From positions 1 through 44,438 of IMG/VR virus record IMGVR_UViG_3300038675_000512: a stretch of 44,438 nt of DNA. One strand, written 5' to 3'. Every line of letters begins with the position of its first letter. The first letter of the stretch is position 1. The stretch comes from a virus (lineage: Duplodnaviria; Caudoviricetes). The notes beneath the pieces were generated by a model, which did not search any database, was not told the origin of the DNA, and saw nothing but the letters and a program-made list of their open reading frames with translations. A program made the position numbers and the translations under genes. Of the stretch, positions 29,193 through 38,317 are shown in pieces.

Positions 29193-29532
29193 TGACTATA
29201 TAGTATTGTTCACCAACAAAATCGGACTCATCAAGAACATATTCTTGATTACGATAACCTTTCTCCACAATAGATAGAGCTTCATCAGCTGTCTCAGCAT
29301 CAACAGGTATAACCCTTCGTAGCGTTTCTTCAATGACTACGTTGAACTTACCATCAACCTTCTTAGGCAACTCCTGCTTCTTGAATCTACTCAATTCTTC
29401 TTCTGAAAAGAACCCAACAAAATCGCCTGTAGCTGCATCAACAACTTTAGCTGTATCTTGGTTTAAAAGCGATTTGATTTTAAGGTGACGCCTTTCAGTA
29501 TAGATATCACCGATATTCTCCTTTTTAAACAT
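29185..29532 (-). CDS. Protein with a C-terminal DpnD/PcfM-like domain
   Basis: FNVVIEETLRRVIPVDAETADEALSIVEKGYRNQEYVLDESDF matches the DpnD/PcfM pattern. Confidence 0.7.
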   Translation of the reverse strand: MFKKENIGDIYTERRHLKIKSLLNQDTAKVVDAATGDFVGFFSEEELSRFKKQELPKKVDGKFNVVIEETLRRVIPVDAETADEALSIVEKGYRNQEYVLDESDFVGEQYYIVNE

Positions 29533-29812
29533 GGCCAGACTCTTTAATTGTTATAGACTTGTTTCTTTCAAGAGAACCAATAATGCCCTGGATCTCATAT
29601 TTGAATGTGGTAACAGATGTAATCACAATATCCATTTTGGATTTACCATTGGAAACAGTCACCTTGTTGTTTGCAATTCTCATTTGCTTCTTTGAACGTG
29701 TAACAAGATACTTTTTCACATTAGCACTAATGCCTTCAGTATAATACTTTTGGAAAGCATTATACACAGCTTCATTATCATTAATGAAGTAGAGATAATA
29801 AATTGTATCCAT
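29525..29812 (-). CDS. Hypothetical protein
   Basis: Fills the gap in a tightly coupled operon. Likely start ATG 29812 (MDTIYY). Confidence 0.6.
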   Translation of the reverse strand: MDTIYYLYFINDNEAVYNAFQKYYTEGISANVKKYLVTRSKKQMRIANNKVTVSNGKSKMDIVITSVTTFKYEIQGIIGSLERNKSITIKESGHV

Positions 29813-29822
29813 AGTTAATTGT

Positions 29823-31139
29823 TTAGAATATTCCCAAAAAATGTGTAGGTCTACTGAAACCAACATAGATTGATTGCAGCTTCCTTTTATTCGTCAAGGG
29901 CTTCACCCCAAGTATGTCATGAACATCAACATAGACACCTCTTAGCGTTGATCCTTGAATCTTATAGAGCGATACGGCATAACCATAACTCACATTGGCG
30001 AAAAGCTTCTTAAAAGCCATAAAATCGCCCCAGAATTTGGTAGCAAGAGCCTCAGACTTCAATGATGCTATCTTTGAGTTATACTGTGGGAGACACTCGT
30101 CAGTAACAACATAGATTGGTTTGTCTTTATCCTTGCACCATAAGCGCCAACAATCAATATCCTCTACTGTTTCCTTTTCAACCTTCTCAACAATCATATC
30201 TTCACCATTGAAGTATATGGGTTGATCAAAATCTACAGGAGCATACTGATCATTGCCAACAATAAGCTCTCCGGGTGTAAATTCATCAGCCGCTTTAAGA
30301 CCAAAGAGTTCTTTTCGGATAACATCATTAAGATAATTGATACGCATGTTCCTATACGCTGTTATACGTATATTCATGCCATCACGGTAATTCTTAACGA
30401 AACTCTTTATAACCTTATCCTCTGTAGTCAAAGCAACACCCTTCTTTGACCTTCCATCATACTCTTGACGTATATCCTTAATAAAACTCAATGAGTTATC
30501 ACCATCAATATGTTGACAAGTGATATCACAGAGTTGGGCAATATAATCACCTTCATTCTGCCTCATCTTTTCAGTAAGAGTATACTTGTTCGGAAGATCA
30601 AATACGGAGCTATCCTTATCGGGTGAATAATCACCATTACGAGGTTTTATGGGTGGAAGCTGATGATTATCCCCAAGATAGATAATCTTTGCACCAGCAG
30701 AGCATGAATTATTAAGTATCAATCTCATCTCATCACTAACCATAGAGGCTTCATCAAAGATGATATACTTGTATCCATATATCTTACTGTTACGAAAATC
30801 GCTTGTCTTAGGAACAAAGATCATTTCTCCCCACTGGTCGTAATCAATAATCATATTTACCGCTGCAGCATAGGTTATGCTATTAGGTATATGTTCTTGA
30901 AGTACCAGCCTGGCTTTGTGAGAAACAGTAACACCAATAACACTTCTGGGGATGTAAAGCTGTTTGTTTTTATCCTCTTTGATGAAGAGTTCTTTGATTA
31001 CTGTTGTCTTGCCAGTACCACCAACACCATTAAGACAGAACTCATGAACATCCTTACTCTTATTGAATTTCTTCATCAGAGCAAGTGCTTCAGCTTGTCC
31101 GTCATTCGGTGTTATCCTTTTGAACTTTTTCTTTTTCAT
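29823..31139 (-). CDS. Dda/RecD-like SF1B DNA helicase
   Basis: Q motif (TPNDGQ), GVGGTGKT, IIFDEASM, LGDNHQLPP, LTEKMRQ, YGYAVSLYKIQGST, YVGFSR. Likely start 31139. Confidence 0.9.
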   Translation of the reverse strand: MKKKKFKRITPNDGQAEALALMKKFNKSKDVHEFCLNGVGGTGKTTVIKELFIKEDKNKQLYIPRSVIGVTVSHKARLVLQEHIPNSITYAAAVNMIIDYDQWGEMIFVPKTSDFRNSKIYGYKYIIFDEASMVSDEMRLILNNSCSAGAKIIYLGDNHQLPPIKPRNGDYSPDKDSSVFDLPNKYTLTEKMRQNEGDYIAQLCDITCQHIDGDNSLSFIKDIRQEYDGRSKKGVALTTEDKVIKSFVKNYRDGMNIRITAYRNMRINYLNDVIRKELFGLKAADEFTPGELIVGNDQYAPVDFDQPIYFNGEDMIVEKVEKETVEDIDCWRLWCKDKDKPIYVVTDECLPQYNSKIASLKSEALATKFWGDFMAFKKLFANVSYGYAVSLYKIQGSTLRGVYVDVHDILGVKPLTNKRKLQSIYVGFSRPTHFLGIF

Positions 31140-31413
31140 ATAACTTGTGAATAAGTTTAGCCATATCAGAGCGATAGTCTCTGATGATACCTCCAAGAAT
31201 CTTATTTTGTTTATTAAGGGTACGTATAAGATGATCATTTTTCAGAACAAGACGTTCCTCCTTTGTCAACTCCATAAGACCCTTCACAGTAAACTGTAAT
31301 TCTTGTATGTATGCTTCATCCTGGCCAATCTTGAATTCAAGACGTCTGATAGTCTTCTTAAGATCATCAATAAGCGCCTCATAAGGCACTTTCATTGGTG
31401 TTGTTTCCTTCAT
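31102..31413 (-). CDS. Hypothetical coiled-coil protein
   Basis: ~103 aa, overlaps both neighbours, heptad-like sequence. Confidence 0.6.
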   Translation of the reverse strand: MKETTPMKVPYEALIDDLKKTIRRLEFKIGQDEAYIQELQFTVKGLMELTKEERLVLKNDHLIRTLNKQNKILGGIIRDYRSDMAKLIHKLYEKEKVQKDNTE

Positions 31414-31741
31414 CAATCATTGGTATATGATGATTAACAAACAGGCGCCCACAATTGATCATATCTTCCGTGTCTTTACCAGTAGGTAAGCCACCAATGA
31501 TAGTCAATATATAAACGTCATCCTTCTTGAATAGAATAGGCAATGTCTTATCGTAGTCAATCTCATATGATGTTTCCGGTTGCTTTATATCCACAAGATC
31601 AAATACCGTTCTGACGACAGAGAAGCCATCAGGGATACTCTTTACGTGTGGTCCATAGACATCATTATCAAGAACATCAATAGAGCTGTAGAAAGCTTTA
31701 AAACGCTCAACAGCTTTTTTTTCGCTTTCAAAGACAATCAT
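31379..31741 (-). CDS. Hypothetical protein
   Basis: 120 aa with an ATGA overlap with the upstream RusA gene. Confidence 0.6.
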   Translation of the reverse strand: MIVFESEKKAVERFKAFYSSIDVLDNDVYGPHVKSIPDGFSVVRTVFDLVDIKQPETSYEIDYDKTLPILFKKDDVYILTIIGGLPTGKDTEDMINCGRLFVNHHIPMIDEGNNTNESAL

Positions 31742-32394
31742 AACCTACCTTCGATTTCAACAATGACACCTGGAGTAAAACCGTACCTTTTGAAGATACC
31801 GTTTTTTGATGCTATCTGAGAGTCATTCTCAAAGACACCTGCCTCTTCCATACAGTCCCATAGCATCTTTTCGAGGTTATCAAGGTCAGGCTTGGTGTTC
31901 TTGAAAACAATATACTTATCATTCTTGATAACTTCTTCATCCCTCTTTGTCATAGTGGCAAGAGGATTGAATACAAACTCACATCGAGTGACATGAACAT
32001 CTTTCTTGAAAGCAGCATGACCACGATAATCAGTAGAAAGGATATACTTTATTTGTAGTACCAACGAATCTTTTGTTGTTGTTACCTTCTTATCTGTATA
32101 CCCACCCAGGAACACATCAAGCCTACCATCCTTGTTCCTGAATGTTCTCACATTACCATCACGATCCCTTTGAACAAATTGCTTAAAAGACTGTTTAGGC
32201 ATAGGATCACTATTAGGATTCTCGTCAAGCTTGATGTAGTGTAGCCGGAAGACCATCTTTTTATATGGACTTTCCTCAGTTTCATCATTGAACATAGAGG
32301 TTTGATCAATCTTGATAACCTCTCTTGGCATTGGAATCTTTCCTTTTTGGATAAGGTTCTCAAAAACCATGCGCATTTTCTTACTTAGTGCCAT
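31738..32394 (-). CDS. rusA: RusA-family Holliday junction resolvase
   Basis: KPDLDNLEKMLWDCMEEAGVFENDSQI signature, with an N-terminal PMPKQS motif. Confidence 0.88.
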   Translation of the reverse strand: MALSKKMRMVFENLIQKGKIPMPREVIKIDQTSMFNDETEESPYKKMVFRLHYIKLDENPNSDPMPKQSFKQFVQRDRDGNVRTFRNKDGRLDVFLGGYTDKKVTTTKDSLVLQIKYILSTDYRGHAAFKKDVHVTRCEFVFNPLATMTKRDEEVIKNDKYIVFKNTKPDLDNLEKMLWDCMEEAGVFENDSQIASKNGIFKRYGFTPGVIVEIEGRL

Positions 32395-32590
32395 CAATCA
32401 ATTTGTTTAGCATTTGTAATCGTCCAGAAAGGTTATGCATAAGAGCTTCATAGGTCTTTTCTATGCTATCAATAGAACCATCAAAACGTTGCTCCTTGGG
32501 CATATTATCTATGCACTTTTTAAGTTGCCTTGCTTGGTATAACTTTACCTGGACATCCATACGCTCACTTCGGATATTCGATTTTCTCAT
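32381..32590 (-). CDS. Hypothetical protein
   Basis: 69 aa, coupled to both neighbours by overlaps. Confidence 0.55.
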   Translation of the reverse strand: MRKSNIRSERMDVQVKLYQARQLKKCIDNMPKEQRFDGSIDSIEKTYEALMHNLSGRLQMLNKLIDGTK

Positions 32591-33498
32591 ACATTTTCAA
32601 ATTCTACGCTGTTACCCAATTGTTCGGATTCACTATCATCACTACCATCTGCATTGAACCTGAATGGACAGTCGCACGCACAGTACATGCAGTTTTCTTT
32701 TGATGGCAGTGTATCAGCCCAATTATCCAGCCTGTTGTGTTTTTGAATGATTTCCTTTGTAACTTTGATACTTTGATAAAGCTCTTTCCTTCTCATCTCA
32801 TCATAAGAGACACGGATAATTTTCACGTTCTTACGAGGAGAATAATCAAAGACAAAATACATAAATACCGGTGTCTGGGCTAACAAAGTATCAGTCAACC
32901 CGGCATTCTTTATGAATTCTTCAAGAGGATTACCCATGGTTGCATTCAATTCAAGATCAATATCAGTAGCACACTCCATGTACATGTATGCTTGTGTATG
33001 ATCAAGAGAGGCTGCATTGTTCCAATTGAACATCCCAAACGTGCTTTTAAGGTCACTAGTGAGCTTCGTATCTACAATGGCATATTGTGGCTCTTGATCA
33101 GGATGCAGTTGAACAGACACGGGGAAAATATCCATATGAGCCTCTAGTATGACTTCATCATCAAAGCGCTTGAATATGGTAGCTTGTGTATTCACACCAG
33201 GAACAATAACCATCTTATATTGATCTGCAAGAGCAGTAAAACGCATATGTTGCTCTTCAATACGCAGCTGGTCTGTCGTCTTATCACCATTCTTTTTCCT
33301 TGGTAAATCGGTAGTCTTTTTACCTTCATAACCACCACCGATACAAAGAGTCTCAAAGTAGTTACCTTTCTCTTGGGATGCTGTGGTAAGATTATGCGTT
33401 TTCACCATAAGGTGAGAGTACGCCCTGTTCGGGCAATACTCTCTTAATTCACCATGGTAAAGAAACTCTTTAATGATTGACTGTGTTATTACTATCAT
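32587..33498 (-). CDS. PD-(D/E)xK exonuclease, Cas4/RecB-like, with a probable Cys metal cluster
   Basis: N-terminal YCP, KGNYFE, AHMDI...IVDTKLT, QAYMY, and C-terminal CMYCACDCP. Confidence 0.75.
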   Translation of the reverse strand: MIVITQSIIKEFLYHGELREYCPNRAYSHLMVKTHNLTTASQEKGNYFETLCIGGGYEGKKTTDLPRKKNGDKTTDQLRIEEQHMRFTALADQYKMVIVPGVNTQATIFKRFDDEVILEAHMDIFPVSVQLHPDQEPQYAIVDTKLTSDLKSTFGMFNWNNAASLDHTQAYMYMECATDIDLELNATMGNPLEEFIKNAGLTDTLLAQTPVFMYFVFDYSPRKNVKIIRVSYDEMRRKELYQSIKVTKEIIQKHNRLDNWADTLPSKENCMYCACDCPFRFNADGSDDSESEQLGNSVEFENV

Positions 33499-34117
33499 TG
33501 ACGTGTTGTTTGAATTCAGTGAATAATTGTTCTGCTTCTTTTACCCATGTTGTTACTGGTAATTCATTTGGATCAGCTGATGACATGATACCTACTGTTG
33601 ATACCTTGATAAGTAAGGCATCATAAGCAGCAATCATGAGCCAAATATCTGACTCATTACCTTTAGCAAGAATTGAATGCAAGAAGATTTCAGCTGGCTT
33701 TGTATACCTCTCTTCGGTGTATACCTTTTTGTTGTCACCCCAGATCCAGAAGCTACCAATAACCCGGTATGAACATTCAATAGCTTTTTGCTTAGCGAAT
33801 GCCAGGTAGTCTTTCTTTGGTGCTCCACTACCACTATAACCACCACTACTACGCATAGGTGCGACGTCAACAGGTTTCATTGAACGATAGGAGATAAACT
33901 GCCCATTTGCACCGTTTACTGTCCTGTCAAAATTGTACTCTTTACCGACAACCCAGGACGGTGTTGTTTTAGATGATGATGCTTCACCCCTTTCTGTTGC
34001 ACCATTAAATTCCATAACTACCCAAAATTTATATAGTGGGCCGTTATTACCGTTGAAAACTTCCTGTGAACCGTCTTGTAGTTTTTTGGGTTCAAAACTG
34101 ACTAATTTACCTTTCAT
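33470..34117 (-). CDS. Putative single-stranded DNA-binding protein (OB-fold-like N-terminus)
   Basis: Beta-rich N-terminal domain (FNGNNGPLYKFWVVME...VVGKEYNF) and a Gly/Ser linker. Adjacent to the exonuclease and ATPase genes. Confidence 0.45.
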   Translation of the reverse strand: MKGKLVSFEPKKLQDGSQEVFNGNNGPLYKFWVVMEFNGATERGEASSSKTTPSWVVGKEYNFDRTVNGANGQFISYRSMKPVDVAPMRSSGGYSGSGAPKKDYLAFAKQKAIECSYRVIGSFWIWGDNKKVYTEERYTKPAEIFLHSILAKGNESDIWLMIAAYDALLIKVSTVGIMSSADPNELPVTTWVKEAEQLFTEFKQHVNDSNNTVNH

Positions 34118-34349
34118 TGTTTTGGGGATTAAGAATTGATGATAATAGATTGTTTAATAGCATGGCTTCACCATGTTGTAATGAGCACTTGATAAACTTG
34201 TCACCTTGTGATAGACTAAGTTCGATAATACCATTATTGTCTTCTACTTCAATACATGATGTATCGTAAGTATAAATGATATAATCTTGTTCTTTCTTAG
34301 AAGAGTTCTGTTCCATGGATTTCCTCATTTGTTGTTTCAGTTGATTCAT
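34107..34349 (-). CDS. Hypothetical protein
   Basis: 80 aa, overlaps its neighbours in the operon. Confidence 0.5.
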   Translation of the reverse strand: MNQLKQQMRKSMEQNSSKKEQDYIIYTYDTSCIEVEDNNGIIELSLSQGDKFIKCSLQHGEAMLLNNLLSSILNPQNNER

Positions 34350-35835
34350 TCATTTTAGGTTCTAATCGCCTACTTACATTCTTTTTTACTGCAACAGGCT
34401 TTGTTTCCGGGATATCTAACTCATCATAACAGACAAGCTCAACATCATCCATTGTACGATCATGTTCAGCAAATACCATGATACGGTTGTGCTCTTTGGC
34501 TATTTCAACCAATTCATTAAGCACTTCAAAGCCAAGGCTTTCAGCATCACCCATGATCATTACTGGACATTTGTTAATGGAAACCATAAGGTCCGTGACG
34601 GCACGCAGAGAAAGTGATGTACTGATCTCTGTTGGCAAGAAAGGAATACCATCATAGGTAAGATAATCATCTTCAAAGCCCCATCTGTCAGGGATATTCT
34701 TACTGTTCTTAATGATTTCTGATTTCTCCTTTCTTTTGTTTTCAATACTGGCATTAAGGCTATCAATCTCAAGATAGAGTGTTTGAAGGGTTACATTGTT
34801 TTTGTCAAACGTCTCTTTCTTTGTTTTGATAGCTTCAATGGATTTTAGTATTCTCTGTCCATTGCTAATCCTAGTGTTAAGACCGGGAATGATAGTACCA
34901 TTGTTTTCACGATCTTCAAGAATATCCCTGCTGGCATTGATAGTCTTTTCATCAACCTCCTTCTCAAGAGCGGTGATGGTTTCAATGATTGCATTCTTGT
35001 TTTCACTGTAAGTCTTTGTCCTTTCCATCTTTTCCTTCTTGGCAGCAACCAAACGATCTTCAAGATCTTTGATAAGTGCATCCTGTGATTGGAGATACTT
35101 TTCGTATGCCTCATCCTCAACTGCACGGATGTGGCGGGCATTGGCAAGCTTTTCCAGGTTTACCTTATTGTTGTCAAGAATAGACTGATGCTTGGCTTGT
35201 GAAGCTATGAGATCAGCAAATGTTCTTTTGGCGTTCTTCTCATTGTTCAACAGCTTGACCTCATCATCTGTAAGAGCAAATTGCGCATTGACTTTTTTAA
35301 GGGCATCATACTCAGCATTCTTTTGTGTACGTAAGGCAAAATCAGTACCCTTGCGTGTATCAATCGCTTGATCAATCTCTTGCAAGCGTTTACGTTCAGA
35401 ATCGCTCATAAGATTGATAAGCACTTCTCTTTGTTTCTGCCTACCACCTTCAGACTTTGACATCTCAAGCCAGTCTGTAGCTGAAATATGGTTGTATGCA
35501 AAAACAGACCTCATAGCACCAATAGTCTGTATGCTACGTCCATTCTCATCAATAATACGGAAACGTTTCTTACCGTCACTTGTGAAATCATAACGTACTT
35601 GATACTGCTTACCATCAGCACCAGGTATAGAGCAGATAATTTCGCCTTCAGTTTCGCCATAGGTAGTAGGATCAACCTTTTCATCCTTGACCTCCATGAT
35701 AGATTTGAGAGCATTCAGAAAGGTGCTTTTCCCTTTGTTGTTATGACCCTTGATAAAAAAGATTGTACCATCGTGTAAGTTGTATTCACCATTTGGTACA
35801 AGAGCGTAATTCTTAAATGTGATTTTGAGTTCCAT
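34297..35835 (-). CDS. SMC/Rad50 (SbcC)-like coiled-coil ATPase
   Basis: N-terminal ITFKNY and Walker A GHNNKGKST, a long coiled coil, a degenerate signature (EISTS) and Walker B MIMGDAESL. Likely start 35835. Confidence 0.8.
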   Translation of the reverse strand: MELKITFKNYALVPNGEYNLHDGTIFFIKGHNNKGKSTFLNALKSIMEVKDEKVDPTTYGETEGEIICSIPGADGKQYQVRYDFTSDGKKRFRIIDENGRSIQTIGAMRSVFAYNHISATDWLEMSKSEGGRQKQREVLINLMSDSERKRLQEIDQAIDTRKGTDFALRTQKNAEYDALKKVNAQFALTDDEVKLLNNEKNAKRTFADLIASQAKHQSILDNNKVNLEKLANARHIRAVEDEAYEKYLQSQDALIKDLEDRLVAAKKEKMERTKTYSENKNAIIETITALEKEVDEKTINASRDILEDRENNGTIIPGLNTRISNGQRILKSIEAIKTKKETFDKNNVTLQTLYLEIDSLNASIENKRKEKSEIIKNSKNIPDRWGFEDDYLTYDGIPFLPTEISTSLSLRAVTDLMVSINKCPVMIMGDAESLGFEVLNELVEIAKEHNRIMVFAEHDRTMDDVELVCYDELDIPETKPVAVKKNVSRRLEPKMNESTETTNEEIHGTELF

Positions 35836-36442
35836 AATATTTGATAATTGATTTATCCTTCTCACTTAGTGGAAGGAGTAGTGTGTAGATATTATAATCA
35901 GATGTATTAAACGGTTTATCAACTGTATTAACCCTTATAATGACAGGGTTGTGTTTCATGTTGAATGGTTCTTTTGGGAATAACCGTTTCATTCGTGGAT
36001 CATTTGACGGTACTGGTAGTCCAGATGAAAGAATAAGCTCCCTTTCATGTGCAATAACAACGTTTAATGATTGTCCTTGCACCTTCTTGGCACTTTCATA
36101 GATATTTTGAATAAGTCTATCAGTGTATTGTAGCTTCTTCTTTGCAAAAGCAAGAGTGAGGAATCCTTGTAATCGAAGGTATTCATTGTCTGGCTTATTG
36201 TTTTCAACTGTAATAGTATACTGTCTTATGATGGGGGCGTAGTCGATTGAAGGATGGTCTTTCTTCATTATGATAGAGACCGTTGACTTCTGTAGATTTA
36301 TTGGCCGGAGTTCGATCTTCTCTACTTTCAAACATTGTTGGCCAGGCTCAATAATACGCTTACTGGTCTTACCAACAATAGTGGTACGTTCTTGATAGAG
36401 AAAATCGAAATACTCCTTATACCAACCGGTAATGAGTCTCAT
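35813..36442 (-). CDS. Hypothetical protein
   Basis: 209 aa with an ATGA overlap with the upstream gene. Confidence 0.65.
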   Translation of the reverse strand: MRLITGWYKEYFDFLYQERTTIVGKTSKRIIEPGQQCLKVEKIELRPINLQKSTVSIIMKKDHPSIDYAPIIRQYTITVENNKPDNEYLRLQGFLTLAFAKKKLQYTDRLIQNIYESAKKVQGQSLNVVIAHERELILSSGLPVPSNDPRMKRLFPKEPFNMKHNPVIIRVNTVDKPFNTSDYNIYTLLLPLSEKDKSIIKYYGTQNHI

Positions 36443-36708
36443 ATGTCTATGATCTCTTTACATCGTTTACAGGAAGCTTTTGACCATGATATTGAATCAA
36501 GTCCTTCATATCCACAGTGGGGGCAAATAGAGGTGTCTAATTTGCGTTGCCTGTCAATCATTGCTTTAAGCACAGAGCCGCTCTCATTTTGAAAATCCGG
36601 CATCGTTGCTTGTAGAAAGTTAGCGTATTTCTTTGCGCATTGAGGTCCGATACCGGCTCGCAAAGATTCGCTATTCTTTAGTGTTCTACCACATATAGCA
36701 CATTTCAT
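36439..36708 (-). CDS. DUF6011-like zinc-finger protein with a second C-terminal zinc ribbon
   Basis: CAICGRTLKNSESLRAGIGPQC (DUF6011 pattern) plus CPHCG...CKRC. Confidence 0.75.
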   Translation of the reverse strand: MKCAICGRTLKNSESLRAGIGPQCAKKYANFLQATMPDFQNESGSVLKAMIDRQRKLDTSICPHCGYEGLDSISWSKASCKRCKEIIDI

Positions 36709-36738
36709 TGTTGTGTTCAAATGTAAGGAATATTTTGC

Positions 36739-37653
36739 TCAGACAGAAAGATATTCACTTTTTATGACATCTGTCCATGCCAGGTTCTGATTGATGATTG
36801 ATGGAATAGCCATCCTGTCTGCCTTGAAGTTTTCTGTGGCTATGTTATACACATCAAAGAGGCTTAAGCGGCCATCATCACCATTTTTCATGCGTTCATG
36901 GTACTCCATAAGGAATCGTTGCGTAAAGACGCTTATTTGACCTTGATTGAGGGGATAATTCTCGCATCTTTTGATGTATGTATCATGACCAACACGTATC
37001 ATGGTTACATGACCAATAAGCTCAGCAACCTGGTTGTACGACATAGGGATAGCCTTCATCCTTTCAAGAAGTTCCAAATCTTCTTCACGGATAGCATGCA
37101 TGTTATGCATCCAGTCATCAATGATTTGGAAGATCTTATCAAGATCAGTGACTTTGTTTTGGCCAAAAGTACTGATGGTTCTTTCACGTGAAAGGATGCA
37201 CTGGTTGTGGCAAATCTTGATGTTTGGCCCCATACCAATCTGTATACCATCTTGATGATAAGCAATAGCAATACCCGTATCAGAATCTTCATCATCAGGT
37301 GTAGAAAGATGAATGGTTGTGAACACACGACGCAAGCAGTGAGCCTCTGGAGCACCAGGACCAAACTTCTCAATCATATGTGGAGCAACAATAACACCTG
37401 GCATTGTTTTGTCTTGGCTTTGTGCCGCAAAGATCTCTTTTATCTCTACATCCGGATAATGCCTTTTGCAAATATCCAAGATGATTTCAATAAGGCGATA
37501 ATGGTGGATGCCACGCAGTGGTTGTTGAGTGACTGGATGGATCTCGAGGTATGTCCTTTTGAGCGTTTCAAAATCCATTATTTCAACAGAATTCTTTTTG
37601 AAATCAAAGCGCTGATCAACGATTACAGCATTTTCGGCAAGTTCTTTTTTCAT
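36739..37653 (-). CDS. DUF932-family protein (Bacteroidota type)
   Basis: RGIHHYRLI...IFAAQ...GIQIGMGPNIKICHNQCIL, and C-terminal SLFDVYNIATE. Confidence 0.7.
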   Translation of the reverse strand: MKKELAENAVIVDQRFDFKKNSVEIMDFETLKRTYLEIHPVTQQPLRGIHHYRLIEIILDICKRHYPDVEIKEIFAAQSQDKTMPGVIVAPHMIEKFGPGAPEAHCLRRVFTTIHLSTPDDEDSDTGIAIAYHQDGIQIGMGPNIKICHNQCILSRERTISTFGQNKVTDLDKIFQIIDDWMHNMHAIREEDLELLERMKAIPMSYNQVAELIGHVTMIRVGHDTYIKRCENYPLNQGQISVFTQRFLMEYHERMKNGDDGRLSLFDVYNIATENFKADRMAIPSIINQNLAWTDVIKSEYLSV

Positions 37654-37688
37654 TTGATTGTTGTTTAGGATAGTTAATTTTGATTGTT

Positions 37689-38291
37689 TTATGCTTGTGA
37701 GGTGCTTGTTGAAATGAAGCTGTATGACATATAGCGGATCTTTGAACCAACAAAGCCTTGAGGAAGGCTTGTCATTCCATTAAAGCCTGTTGATCCAAGA
37801 ATAATCGAGTTGTTGTTGTATCCACAAACGATATACAGTTGCTGTGGATCTTGTTCAACGATGTTTGAAACTTCTGAGTGTTTGTACAACTCATAGATTT
37901 CTTTTGGTGACTTTCCACTATAGCATTCATCAATAATATCTTGAACCGGTGTTACAATCTTATAGCCCTTTTTGAGCCTTAGAGATTCAAGATACTTTCT
38001 GAAATATAAGGATGCCAAATTTTCTGTGTATTTTATATCGGCCTCCAGACCTTCGATGATTTTATTTTTGTTTAGTATGATGGCTTCCTTATTTTTTAGA
38101 ATATCATCCAATGTATCTCTGTGTTTGGACAAATTATCATGATTGTTTTCCAATCTTTTGTGCTCAAATTTAAGCTCATCTTGTTTTACTTTTTCAGCCA
38201 TTATGGCTTTCTTGTACTTTTCAACAGTAGATACAAGTACAATACAAATGATAATCAAAACAAAAGACAAAATAACTAAAGATAGTAACAT
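37689..38291 (-). CDS. Membrane-anchored coiled-coil hypothetical protein
   Basis: N-terminal hydrophobic helix (LLSLVILSFVLIIICIVLV) followed by a coiled coil. Confidence 0.65.
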   Translation of the reverse strand: MLLSLVILSFVLIIICIVLVSTVEKYKKAIMAEKVKQDELKFEHKRLENNHDNLSKHRDTLDDILKNKEAIILNKNKIIEGLEADIKYTENLASLYFRKYLESLRLKKGYKIVTPVQDIIDECYSGKSPKEIYELYKHSEVSNIVEQDPQQLYIVCGYNNNSIILGSTGFNGMTSLPQGFVGSKIRYMSYSFISTSTSQA

Positions 38292-38317
38292 AGTTGTAGT
38301 GTTTAGAAGGTTGATAA

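Noticed and set aside
36718-36725. TACATTTG on the - strand, matching the Bacteroidota -7 promoter element
   Set aside because: There is no TTTG -33 element at the proper spacing, and a single octamer could be chance.
37689-38291. Inner-membrane spanin
   Set aside because: It has a TM helix and coiled coil, but no adjacent endolysin/holin or embedded lipoprotein gene, and it sits among replication genes.
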